Shown here: positions 29,842 through 38,872 of the stretch, one piece after another
Numbering within the stretch: the first letter of the stretch is position 1
How the letters are laid out: each line of letters opens with the position of its first letter
Source: a virus
Strand: one strand, 5' to 3'
Length of the DNA stretch: 64,000 nucleotides
IMG/VR virus record: IMGVR_UViG_3300042387_002391
Notes under the pieces: generated by a model
The model's input: only the letters and a program-made list of their open reading frames with translations
The model's database searches: none
What the model was told of the DNA's origin: nothing
Translations under genes and position numbers: made by a program

Positions 29842-30622
29842 ATGAATATCTGTTGCGATAAGTAATCATTCTGCTTCTAGCTTTAGGATTAATGGTCAAT
29901 AAATATGCCTCAAATTCTTTCTCACTCATTTTTCCTAAACGTTCTGTTAGAATCTGTGGCTGATTTGTCTTTTTTCCTTTTGATATATTAGCTCCACGTT
30001 TCTTATGGTCAACGTTTTTGTTGTGAAGAGAATTTAAGCATCTTTGAATTTTTTGTTCAGGTGTCAACGTTTGAATAAAGGTTTTAAGAGTGTTGCTGAC
30101 ATTTTTATATTTTTCTTCTTTCGTAATTTTTGGCTTTTGTACTTTAGGAGCATAATTATGTCCAAACAAATACTTGCTTTGTTTTTGCTTGACAGGGTTT
30201 CCGCACCCACAACAACACAGCGGCAGAGGATCCTTGGGAGGTCTTGGTTTAGATAACATTGCTTCTCTTATTTTTTGCCTTACTTCAGGACACTTGGTTG
30301 GGTGATTTTTAGCAAATTCGATGCGCGCAATCTCAAATTGTTTGCTGTTAAAAAATCGCTGGTGGTGATTCTTTGAACACATTTTATTGAATGCTGAGGC
30401 CAGCTTGCTTCTCACTTGTATCGAGTCGTTTTGATGAATTTTGCATAACAATCTGTGTATTAGAAAGTGTTCTCTTGCCGTAAGTTTGACTAAATTGTCG
30501 CGATCATTTGTTCCGCCTAAACATTTTGGTAAAATGTGATGTTTTTCGTAGTATTGGCCACTTATTGTTTGTCTGGATTTAGATCTTTCAATAATCGAGT
30601 CGTGCACATTTTTATAATTCAT
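29822..30622 (-). mobile_element. Free-standing HNH homing endonuclease gene inside polB
   Basis: EKHHILPKCLGGTN..NLVKLTAREHFLIH; C-terminal CCCGCG and basic DNA-binding region. Confidence 0.88.
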
Positions 30623-30625
30623 ATG

Positions 30626-30648
30626 TGCGTTTACTTAATCTAAACGCA
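30626..30648 (-). promoter_or_regulatory. Hairpin overlapping a late-type TAAGTA promoter before the HNH start
   Basis: TGCGTTTA-GATTAAG-TAAACGCA, ending 3 nt before the ATG. Confidence 0.65.
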
Positions 30649-30668
30649 ACATCTACCTCGATATCAAA

Positions 30669-31070
30669 TCATGTTTGCCGTTTTCTAATCTTGATTTTGT
30701 GTGATTTTGGATATGATGAGGTATCAACTTCAATATCCAACAAAAATACTTTCAAAGGAAATTGCGAAAAGGTTGGATCTCCATTCTGCTCCTTATACAT
30801 ATCAATAAGGAATTGCTGTTCTGGTCCAAGATTATGAAAGATTCTTTTGTTAGCTGTGTTGTCTACAAACTTCTTGCGCTCTAAACTATTCTTAAAAGTC
30901 TTCTTCATCAAAGAAGTCTTGAAAATCGATACAGCATCTTCTGCACCATCCTTCTCAAGATACAAAAACGGACGAAAAGGAATCTCTGTATCAATTCTCT
31001 GACCATCTTCTGTCCAAGTTCTCAAGAAGACCGATTCATTAAAAGGATTGTAGGAAGCAGCGCGATACAT
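30669..31070 (-). CDS. gp43: Family B DNA polymerase fragment A (N-terminal domain, ExoI DIE)
   Basis: PFRPFLY and LKVFLLDIEVD motifs. Confidence 0.88.
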   Translation of the reverse strand: MYRAASYNPFNESVFLRTWTEDGQRIDTEIPFRPFLYLEKDGAEDAVSIFKTSLMKKTFKNSLERKKFVDNTANKRIFHNLGPEQQFLIDMYKEQNGDPTFSQFPLKVFLLDIEVDTSSYPKSHKIKIRKRQT

Positions 31071-31105
31071 GCTTCCTACAATATACTAAACCAAACTAAA
31101 ATCAA
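31047..31105 (-). promoter_or_regulatory. polB promoter TTGATT-N16-TATTGT with a 13-bp hairpin over the start codon
   Basis: ATTGTAGGAAGCA / TGCTTCCTACAAT perfect inverted repeat (31047-31059, 31070-31082). Confidence 0.75.
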
Positions 31106-33528
31106 ACTAAAAATTTACGATCCTTTGAACCAAATGGCGTGAAATAAACTTCATGATATTTCATCAAATTCTTTTCATCATCAAGCCAGAATTTTTCCGC
31201 ATATGCTCGAGCCTTTTTACAATGTTCTGCGTAAATGCTTTGGTTTTTGAGAACGGTTTTTAGACAGTCAATGAACTCTGCACCAGTCTTATATTTTAAA
31301 GAAGCATCTTTGTAGGTAACCATATCAGGACATACGCAAGGAAGACCAAGGGCACCCGATTCGATTAATTTAATATTGCTATTGTGCGAAACTATTCCAT
31401 TAGCAATATAAGACTTTGTAGCTGGAACGCAAATATCATACACAATTTCTTCATCTTCTAGATGCTCGATAGAAACAACTTCGTCTTTCCATTGAAATTC
31501 TTTGTATGCGTTGCTGTGAGACTTACTGCAAATATTGCGCAAGCGTTGTTTTTTAAATTCGGAAACAAAACCAATTTCTTTCTCGTAAATATCGCAACCC
31601 TCTCTGGTAATTCTAATATTGTAATGATGACCAGTATAAACTTTTTCGGTTTCCTTCGATTTACCGAATGGTCTGGTGTACATAGAAATTTCTTTCTTAA
31701 TTTTGCTATGAATACCAAAGCCAAGTAGTAAAATCTGTATGTCTTTAGCAAATTTTTCTGACTTAGTGCAGAATAAAATATCAGTACCATTTCTTCCGAC
31801 TGTAGCATCGGCTTCAAACAAACCTTTGATAAACTGAGCTACTACCGATTTTCTTGATTGCCAAATAAAGTTCGGAACAAACAAGTTCTTGCTTTGTTTT
31901 CTTGTTGTTAGTCCCATCCATTCAAACATCCTTCTGAGCAATCTAGAGTTACAAGAAATGGTTTGGTGGTTAGTAAAGTCGTATGTAGATTGATAGCGCT
32001 TTGGCTCAATACCTAACTGACTAATTAAATATTTCACATCTTCTATGACTTCTTGGTCTCTGTTGCAGCAAACGATCGAAATGCAATTACCAGCTGAAAA
32101 ATGACCGTCTCCTAAAATGTAGCCAAACAGTCGAGCAAACTCTTCGTTAAATCTCACCAAAGGAGAAATGGCCTTGTCTTGAATGTGAATAAAGTCTTCG
32201 ATAGTTATTTTTTTAGTATTCCAAAACGGAAGCTGAATTTCTTGATATGGTAAATTTTCTTCCAATTGATACTTAGAAAGATTCACGAAATCGCCAATTT
32301 TTATGTCTTTCATTTCAGTCCAATCACTGTCTTTTGAAATTCTGTGAGTGATGGTCCCTTTAATCTCATAGCCCATTTTTGTGACCACCTTAATAATTTT
32401 TTCCGTCTTCGGAGAAATATAGTAAGCATTGCTCTCTTCAAATTTATTGTCCTGAGAAAGCGTCTTAAATTTTACATTGTTTTTGTTATTTTGATCAAGC
32501 TTACTAACTGAGTTACAGTAGTCTTCAATTTTAATTAATCCCTTTCCTTTAACTTGAATCATCGTGTCGCCCGTAACGCATTTGCTGCGATTGAAATGAT
32601 TATCTTGAAGAGCTGCAAAGGTTACCTGTGCTCCAGATTTTGCCATTGCTTCTGGAAACTCGACAAGAGGAGCCCACGGAAAGAATCTCATTTCTCCGCT
32701 ATCAATAAATGGCTTGAGAGGAAGTGGATAAGATCCGTAAAAGTGCCATTGAAAATCTTTGCGTGTTTTAATAATGTTCGGAACAACAAATTCAAAGTCA
32801 TCCTTTTGATTAACTCTATTCATTACATCAACATGCGTTCCGGATGCAAAAATAGCAACGATGGGTTTCTTCTTATTCTTATCAAACTTCTTAATGAGAT
32901 CTCCAAGATTATAATAGCGGTCAAACCACCATTTCATCAGATAGTTTGGAACAGTTGTAACATTCTTGTTACCTGTCTTATTAATCATATAGTCTCTAAA
33001 ATAATCACAAGTAACCGTGACTTCGTCCATCATAGAAATAATTTCTAAAATGCTGTTACGGATTTCGTCAGAAACAAATGCATCTCTATTCCTATTATAC
33101 ATTGGAATGTCTTCATGGAATACGACGTCATCGACTTCATAAATCAGCTTCAGAGGCTTTTGTGTTGAAATTTGTTTGAGAATTTTAACAAAGTCTCTTT
33201 GATGAGGAGTTGCTTGCCTTTGAAGTTTAACAGCTTCGACTGTCTGATAGAATTTTGGATCAAGCACCATTGCTGTTGATTCCATGATAACTGCTTTCTG
33301 ATACAAGTTGAGTAAAAGATTTGGAGCCATGCAGCGGTAATATCCACATCCGCCATAATCAGCAAGATAGTTTAGAGCACGCTTCAAACCTTCTCCGGGA
33401 ACTTCTGGTGCTGGAACTGGTCTTTGTGCAGGAGAACGGTTAACATATGATGGAGAAGGAATGCCAAATGGAAGGCCGTGTGGTGCTCCAATCATATTTT
33501 GGATGCCTAATTGTACAGGTTGTGACAT
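31102..33528 (-). CDS. GT-B glycosyltransferase-like protein containing a LAGLIDADG intein
   Basis: GGCGYYR, YEVDD, DNHFNRSK|SNIKLIE after splicing. Confidence 0.8.
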   Translation of the reverse strand: MSQPVQLGIQNMIGAPHGLPFGIPSPSYVNRSPAQRPVPAPEVPGEGLKRALNYLADYGGCGYYRCMAPNLLLNLYQKAVIMESTAMVLDPKFYQTVEAVKLQRQATPHQRDFVKILKQISTQKPLKLIYEVDDVVFHEDIPMYNRNRDAFVSDEIRNSILEIISMMDEVTVTCDYFRDYMINKTGNKNVTTVPNYLMKWWFDRYYNLGDLIKKFDKNKKKPIVAIFASGTHVDVMNRVNQKDDFEFVVPNIIKTRKDFQWHFYGSYPLPLKPFIDSGEMRFFPWAPLVEFPEAMAKSGAQVTFAALQDNHFNRSKCVTGDTMIQVKGKGLIKIEDYCNSVSKLDQNNKNNVKFKTLSQDNKFEESNAYYISPKTEKIIKVVTKMGYEIKGTITHRISKDSDWTEMKDIKIGDFVNLSKYQLEENLPYQEIQLPFWNTKKITIEDFIHIQDKAISPLVRFNEEFARLFGYILGDGHFSAGNCISIVCCNRDQEVIEDVKYLISQLGIEPKRYQSTYDFTNHQTISCNSRLLRRMFEWMGLTTRKQSKNLFVPNFIWQSRKSVVAQFIKGLFEADATVGRNGTDILFCTKSEKFAKDIQILLLGFGIHSKIKKEISMYTRPFGKSKETEKVYTGHHYNIRITREGCDIYEKEIGFVSEFKKQRLRNICSKSHSNAYKEFQWKDEVVSIEHLEDEEIVYDICVPATKSYIANGIVSHNSNIKLIESGALGLPCVCPDMVTYKDASLKYKTGAEFIDCLKTVLKNQSIYAEHCKKARAYAEKFWLDDEKNLMKYHEVYFTPFGSKDRKFLV
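31381..32580 (-). mobile_element. Intein (400 aa) with LAGLIDADG endonuclease
   Basis: CVTGDT start; LFGYILGDG and FIKGLFEADA motifs; ANGIVSHN|S end. Confidence 0.92.
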
Positions 33529-33559
33529 AATTTTAATTTATTTGTAATTTGATTTTAAT

Positions 33560-35356
33560 CTAGCTCGTGACGGTCGAAATTCCGTTTTGTTTTGTAACAT
33601 GAATAACATGCTCTGCTTTTGAAAGCACTTCTGGTCCTCTGTGAGTAATAATGTAACAAGATTCATTATTTTCATTAAACCGCTCACGAAGAACTTTGAG
33701 AGTCAAAGAAACGCCTTTATCATCTAGCGAAGAATCAAGAAGCTCATCATAAAAAACCGTGCTAAAATTTACATCGCCTTGCAAACGACGAATATCTGCA
33801 AAGGCAAACAGGCAGGCGAGGTCAATACGTTTGCGCTCTCCTCCAGAAAAGTTGAAGTAAGACTTTTGTTGTGAATTTTCATCAATGATTTCTTCATCAA
33901 AGAACTCATTAAACTGACACAAGCAATTTGCTTCAAGCTTTTTAAGATAGTAAGCAATTCTCGAATTAAGAACTTTGAGAATTTTTTTGACAATGAACGA
34001 CTTAATTCCTTCTTCAGAAAGAACGAATTTTACCGTTTCAAGAATATTCAGTTCGTTGTTGAGCTTATCCACATTTGCTTTTGACTCCACAGCAACATTT
34101 TTAAGCGTCGTAATTTTTCCTTTGAGGTCATTATTGTGTTCTTTAGAAGCGCATTTTATGTCGTCTTCAACTTCGTTTAAATTGCCTTCCAAATGCTTAA
34201 TACTAATCTGTAGTGAATTTACGTCAGAATGTTGTTTTTGAATGGAAGACTTTTTAGTATTCAGCTCTTCTCGCTCTTCTCTTAATTTTTTTGCATTTTC
34301 ATTGACTGAAGAAACTGATTCACCAACTACGACTTTTGCCTTTTCGTATGTTTGGATTGTTTCTTGATGCTTTGCAATTAAATCTTGAACATGCTTTACA
34401 TGCTCTTCAGAGTATTCTCTGTTACAAGTCGGGCAAGAGTCTTTGTTTGTTTGCAGTTGTTTAATTTGCTTGTTCTCTGCATTGATTTCTGCATCAATCT
34501 TATGAATTTTAGATTGCAAAGAAGTTTGTTTTTCTTGCAAAGTATTCAAAGATTCTTTTACTTTTAAAAGTTGTTCATCAATCTCTTTATCAGAAACAAT
34601 TTGATATTTTGCTAACTGCTCTTTGAGATTAGAAATATCTACTATCAACTTAGCCTTCTTATCGCTAAGTTTATTGACTCTTTCTTGTTTGATAGTTTCG
34701 TAGTTGTCAAATTGAGATTGGTTGAAATTTAGTTCGTTTTCTGTTTGCTCAAATTTTGAATAAGCAATTTCATAGTCCTTTTTTGCAATACTATGATCAT
34801 CTCGAGCCTTCAAAACCATTTGTGTAAAAACTTCTAGACCAAGAACGCTCTCGATAAATTTTCTCCTATCAGTCTTCGGTAGCGCCATAAAGGGCTGCGC
34901 ATTATTTGCTGACATGATAACAGAGTTTTGAAAGACAGTTGCTGGCGTATGAATCAAATCCTGAATAAATGCATTTGTTTTAGCAAGTGTTGATCTCGTA
35001 ACATCTTCTCCGTTCTTAAAGAGTTGGCATTTTGTTGGACCAAGCTTTCTGCAAATTTTATAAGTGTCCGTAACATTATTAGAAGTTACATCAAACTCCA
35101 AAGAAACTTCACAGCGCTTTTGAGTAAAGCTGTTTTGAATAAAATCCTTAGGAATCTCCCTAAGTGTTGTGCCGTAAAGCGAATAATAAAGAAATTCTGT
35201 AATGCCGCTCTTCCCAGCAGCATTTTTAGAATCTTCTTTATCGAGATTTGTTCCGACAATAGCATTGACTCCTGGTCTAAGATCGACTTTTACAGGAACA
35301 TCACCAAACGACAAAAAATTTCTTCCTTCTAAAGTCTTAAAATTAATAAAACGCAT
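33560..35356 (-). CDS. gp46: Rad50/SbcC-like recombination ATPase (gp46)
   Basis: NAAGKS, CPTC zinc hook, FSGGE and YDELLD motifs. Confidence 0.95.
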   Translation of the reverse strand: MRFINFKTLEGRNFLSFGDVPVKVDLRPGVNAIVGTNLDKEDSKNAAGKSGITEFLYYSLYGTTLREIPKDFIQNSFTQKRCEVSLEFDVTSNNVTDTYKICRKLGPTKCQLFKNGEDVTRSTLAKTNAFIQDLIHTPATVFQNSVIMSANNAQPFMALPKTDRRKFIESVLGLEVFTQMVLKARDDHSIAKKDYEIAYSKFEQTENELNFNQSQFDNYETIKQERVNKLSDKKAKLIVDISNLKEQLAKYQIVSDKEIDEQLLKVKESLNTLQEKQTSLQSKIHKIDAEINAENKQIKQLQTNKDSCPTCNREYSEEHVKHVQDLIAKHQETIQTYEKAKVVVGESVSSVNENAKKLREEREELNTKKSSIQKQHSDVNSLQISIKHLEGNLNEVEDDIKCASKEHNNDLKGKITTLKNVAVESKANVDKLNNELNILETVKFVLSEEGIKSFIVKKILKVLNSRIAYYLKKLEANCLCQFNEFFDEEIIDENSQQKSYFNFSGGERKRIDLACLFAFADIRRLQGDVNFSTVFYDELLDSSLDDKGVSLTLKVLRERFNENNESCYIITHRGPEVLSKAEHVIHVTKQNGISTVTS

Positions 35357-35362
35357 TGACGA

Positions 35363-35390
35363 ATTATATGTTATGTTACTCCTAAATCAA
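35363..35390 (-). promoter_or_regulatory. Sigma70-type promoter TTGATT-N16-TATAAT
   Basis: -10 lies 6 nt from the gp46 ATG. Confidence 0.75.
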
Positions 35391-36074
35391 GTCTTTTAGA
35401 AAATTATTCAACTTAGTGAGATCCATTGTAGTGTTTTGAGGAGCTTGAGGAGGTCTAGTTGATAAACCAACACTGCTATTTGTCTTTAGTGCAAGATCAT
35501 AAATTGATTTTGTTTCTGTTCCAACATTGAAAACTCCTTGAGCCTTATTATTGATAAGTTTAACAACAAGACCAGCAATAACATCAACATAATCACAATT
35601 CGTTTGAACATCCGACCAAGCCTTCTCATAAGGAAAAGGATTTGGTTTATGAGACAATCTGCAAATCAAATAATCATTACTTCTCAGTTGAACCAGAGCA
35701 TCTCCAATGAGTTTAGTGTAACCGTAAAAGGTTCCAAGATGAACAGGAACTCCTTCTTCTGAACAATTTTCTTCAGAGCCAGCATAAACATAATCTGTTG
35801 AAATATGTACGAGTTTCTTAGAAGTTTTGTTGCAGTAGTCAATTAGTTCATCCAGCGCTTTAACGTTTGTGCTCCAACTTTCCTCTCTATTTTCTTCGTA
35901 TGTTTTTGTGAAAGCAATACAATTGATAACAACATCGTAGCAAATGAGCTTGTAGCTCCATCCTGCAAGATCTACAAAATCAATCGAGTCTTTCTTTCTA
36001 CTAAGAACGTCCCAATTTGTTTGGCTTGCTAGTTCTTTGCCGAACAAGCCGTCACCTAAAATAACAGCATTCAC
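35382..36074 (-). CDS. rmlD: dTDP-4-dehydrorhamnose reductase-like SDR
   Basis: GDGLFG, ISTDYVY and YGYTK motifs. Confidence 0.8.
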   Translation of the reverse strand: MNAVILGDGLFGKELASQTNWDVLSRKKDSIDFVDLAGWSYKLICYDVVINCIAFTKTYEENREESWSTNVKALDELIDYCNKTSKKLVHISTDYVYAGSEENCSEEGVPVHLGTFYGYTKLIGDALVQLRSNDYLICRLSHKPNPFPYEKAWSDVQTNCDYVDVIAGLVVKLINNKAQGVFNVGTETKSIYDLALKTNSSVGLSTRPPQAPQNTTMDLTKLNNFLKDLI

Positions 36075-36619
36075 TTTTTAAACAAAACTCCGAGACCAAA
36101 ATGTTCAGTAATGTTATAAAAACCAACATCATGCTTTGCTGAGATATCTTGACATACACGATAAATTTCTGGAAAAGAAACTGTATCATGCAAAATTACG
36201 ACATCACTGTGCTGAATAGCCCAATCTGCACAAGCAAAGGTCGGATCATATTCATGAACAATGTCGATGTGAATGAGATCATAGCGATTGTTATTGTCTT
36301 TAATAAAGTCTTCAAAAGAAGATCGGACAATTTCTACATTGGTTCCGTCAAATGAATTTTTAACAGTATTATAAAATTTGTCACCTTGCGCGTGATTAAT
36401 ATGTGCGTCTCCAACGAAAGAATCCACACCAACAACTTTGTTAAAAGCCTGCGAAAGAATATCAGAACTATAACCATGATCTACTCCAAATTCTAGAGCA
36501 ATGTCCTGCTTCAGGTTAAATTGTTTAATAATCGGAAAGATATAATCTTCTAGTCCTATCCAGGCAGTTGATATATTAGTTCTACGTTTTAGTTCCCACG
36601 GCTGTCTTGTTATTGACAT
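36071..36619 (-). CDS. Class I SAM methyltransferase (Methyltransf_24-like)
   Basis: LEFGVDHGYS, DLIHIDIVHEY and ILHD motifs. Confidence 0.75.
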   Translation of the reverse strand: MSITRQPWELKRRTNISTAWIGLEDYIFPIIKQFNLKQDIALEFGVDHGYSSDILSQAFNKVVGVDSFVGDAHINHAQGDKFYNTVKNSFDGTNVEIVRSSFEDFIKDNNNRYDLIHIDIVHEYDPTFACADWAIQHSDVVILHDTVSFPEIYRVCQDISAKHDVGFYNITEHFGLGVLFKK

Positions 36620-36622
36620 AAG

Positions 36623-37270
36623 TTAAAATTTATAATTTGATTCTTCATAAACCGCTCCATAAAGATCTTTTCCAGCTGTGTGTAAGTTGCAAGGAGTGCA
36701 AGCGCTATTCAACAACCAAAATTCACAATACCATCTTGGATCGTTAACAGAACCTCTCTTCAAGCCTTCTTCAAAAGTTGGCAGAGTCTTAATATAGTTA
36801 CTGTTAGCCCACCAAAAATTACCCGAGTAGTGATTCATCGGCTTATTATAAAGATCTACTCCAACTGTATCATGCTCCTTAAGTTTTTCTAAACAATTTG
36901 AATATTGTTCGATTAAAAAGTATTCCATGTAGTTTACCCAAGACTCGATGTTTTTATTTTTACCTCTTGATACTCCTTTACTGTGCAAATACAAAACCTG
37001 GACGTCCTGTGCACTTTGACAAAAGTCTTGAATTGTTTTAAGAGTATTCATCTCTCCTTTTATGTCACTAGAAAAACAAGTTGTTTTAACTTTTTTTAAA
37101 AAATTTATTTTTGTTTTATATCTTTCGACCTTATCATCTCCTACCAAAACAACGTTAACATTGTTGCAGGCATCAAGCAAACCAGACTCTTGAATTTTGT
37201 TGTATGTTTTAAGGAATCTGTCAACACAATCATTGACACAATACATATGATAAAAAATTTCAATGCTCAT
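36623..37270 (-). CDS. Putative glycosyltransferase-like protein
   Basis: LYLHSKG and HYSGNFWW motifs; glycosylation-island context. Confidence 0.55.
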   Translation of the reverse strand: MSIEIFYHMYCVNDCVDRFLKTYNKIQESGLLDACNNVNVVLVGDDKVERYKTKINFLKKVKTTCFSSDIKGEMNTLKTIQDFCQSAQDVQVLYLHSKGVSRGKNKNIESWVNYMEYFLIEQYSNCLEKLKEHDTVGVDLYNKPMNHYSGNFWWANSNYIKTLPTFEEGLKRGSVNDPRWYCEFWLLNSACTPCNLHTAGKDLYGAVYEESNYKF

Positions 37271-38120
37271 GAGTTGTGATCGTTTTTATAAAATTTGAGG
37301 CCATTGCCTTCGTTGTGTTATTATTCAGAAAGTGTTCTTCAAATTTACTTGCGTATTTTTCATAAACGTTAGGTGCACTGTTCGATTTAGAATCAGAAAA
37401 TATGTCCAAGCACAGTTGTTTAGGAAAAGAAGCCATTGTCAGTTCCGGACACTTATCTATGTTTATGAAATAAGGCAAACAACCATTTGCCAAAATCTCA
37501 TAGTGTCTCATGCAATCCCAACCAGCCTTCTTGATCGTTACCGCAAAGCAAGACTCTTGATATCCTTTGTAGTAATCTGTTTCATTATTATAAATATAAG
37601 TTGAACGATCTCTCGGATCACAAATGGCGACATCTCTTGTTTTATTTTTAACAAAATTTACTTTACATATCGGAATAGCAAATGAAATCGGAAATAGTCT
37701 TTCGTGCTTATAAACAAGTTCTCTTTTGAAGTATAGAATACCGAGATCAAAAACTTTATGAATGTTTGTTTCGTCTTCTCCATCAACTGCGATAACTTTA
37801 TTCTTCGGATAGTGTTCTAAAATTTGTTGAATGTGATCACTGCATCTCCAAATAGAACCATAAACAATGTAGTCAAAATATTTGTTTTTAATCTTCGAAG
37901 TAATGTCTGTTCTATCTACTTCAATATCTGGAAGAATTCTCGTAACCGACATGCCCATTCCGTAGAGCTTCTTTGCTGCATCCTCATCATAAGAAACATA
38001 ATTGTGATCTCTCTTATTATAATCAACAACGTCTGCTCCAAATAGCTCTCTTAAACCAATCAACAAGCAATCATCTTGATAATCGACATGGTCTCCTTTT
38101 GTCAAATACAAAATTTTCAT
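37260..38120 (-). CDS. Putative glycosyltransferase
   Basis: KKAGWDCMRHYEILANGCLP exostosin/GT-like motif. Confidence 0.6.
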   Translation of the reverse strand: MKILYLTKGDHVDYQDDCLLIGLRELFGADVVDYNKRDHNYVSYDEDAAKKLYGMGMSVTRILPDIEVDRTDITSKIKNKYFDYIVYGSIWRCSDHIQQILEHYPKNKVIAVDGEDETNIHKVFDLGILYFKRELVYKHERLFPISFAIPICKVNFVKNKTRDVAICDPRDRSTYIYNNETDYYKGYQESCFAVTIKKAGWDCMRHYEILANGCLPYFINIDKCPELTMASFPKQLCLDIFSDSKSNSAPNVYEKYASKFEEHFLNNNTTKAMASNFIKTITTHEH

Positions 38121-38872
38121 ATTTGATTTAATTTAAAAGTTTTAAAATTCGTATTAATCTTCGCATCTTTAGGAACGCACAAAAAGTCTGCTGGATATTT
38201 TGTCATCATTTGGTACATATCATATTGCAAATCTTCCTTAATAAAAGAAACGAGTTCGTCAGGCGTATAACCAAATTTTGCTAATTGAAAATCTTCAATC
38301 TCGACAATCATTACTGGTTTGTCTTTCAGAATTTTATTTTTGGCTCCTTTTAGCACAGGCAACTCACAACCTTGCACATCGAGCTTGATAAAATTAATTT
38401 TGGGTAGTTCTAAAGCATCGACAACGACCATTTTAACTTGTTGTCCAACATTATTTTTTGATATGGACGTATCTCCGTGATTGATAGACTCCCCTGGACT
38501 TGTATTTGGCTCTGAAATAAAAACTTCTTGCTCTGTGTCACCTACAGCATTATTCATCACCTGAATGTTCGACAGTCTATTCAGATGAGCATTTGCATTA
38601 ACTTGATGATAGAACAAATTCATTGGCTCAAAAGAAAATACCGATCCTTCTTTTGTCAAAAGACCCATTGTTACAGAATGGTAACCAAAATTAGCTCCGA
38701 TATCCAAGCAGTTATGCGTTGGCTTCAAATAACCAACAAGAAGTTCTGTAATATGTTCTTCCCAGCAACCTTCTCTTTTAATTGTATCTCCAATCGCATC
38801 GTTTGATAAAAATACATAATTCTTATAAAGACCAAATTCTGTTAAACTAATTGTTGTAAACATTGAGCTCAT
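38117..38872 (-). CDS. FkbM-family methyltransferase
   Basis: LDIGANFGY, FEP and IKLDVQGCE motifs. Confidence 0.88.
   Translation of the reverse strand: MSSMFTTISLTEFGLYKNYVFLSNDAIGDTIKREGCWEEHITELLVGYLKPTHNCLDIGANFGYHSVTMGLLTKEGSVFSFEPMNLFYHQVNANAHLNRLSNIQVMNNAVGDTEQEVFISEPNTSPGESINHGDTSISKNNVGQQVKMVVVDALELPKINFIKLDVQGCELPVLKGAKNKILKDKPVMIVEIEDFQLAKFGYTPDELVSFIKEDLQYDMYQMMTKYPADFLCVPKDAKINTNFKTFKLNQI

Noticed and set aside
27217-30668. Group I introns interrupting polB
   Set aside because: Spacers are only 24-46 nt, the HNH ORFs overlap the downstream fragments, and I saw no P7-type core; RT-PCR would be decisive
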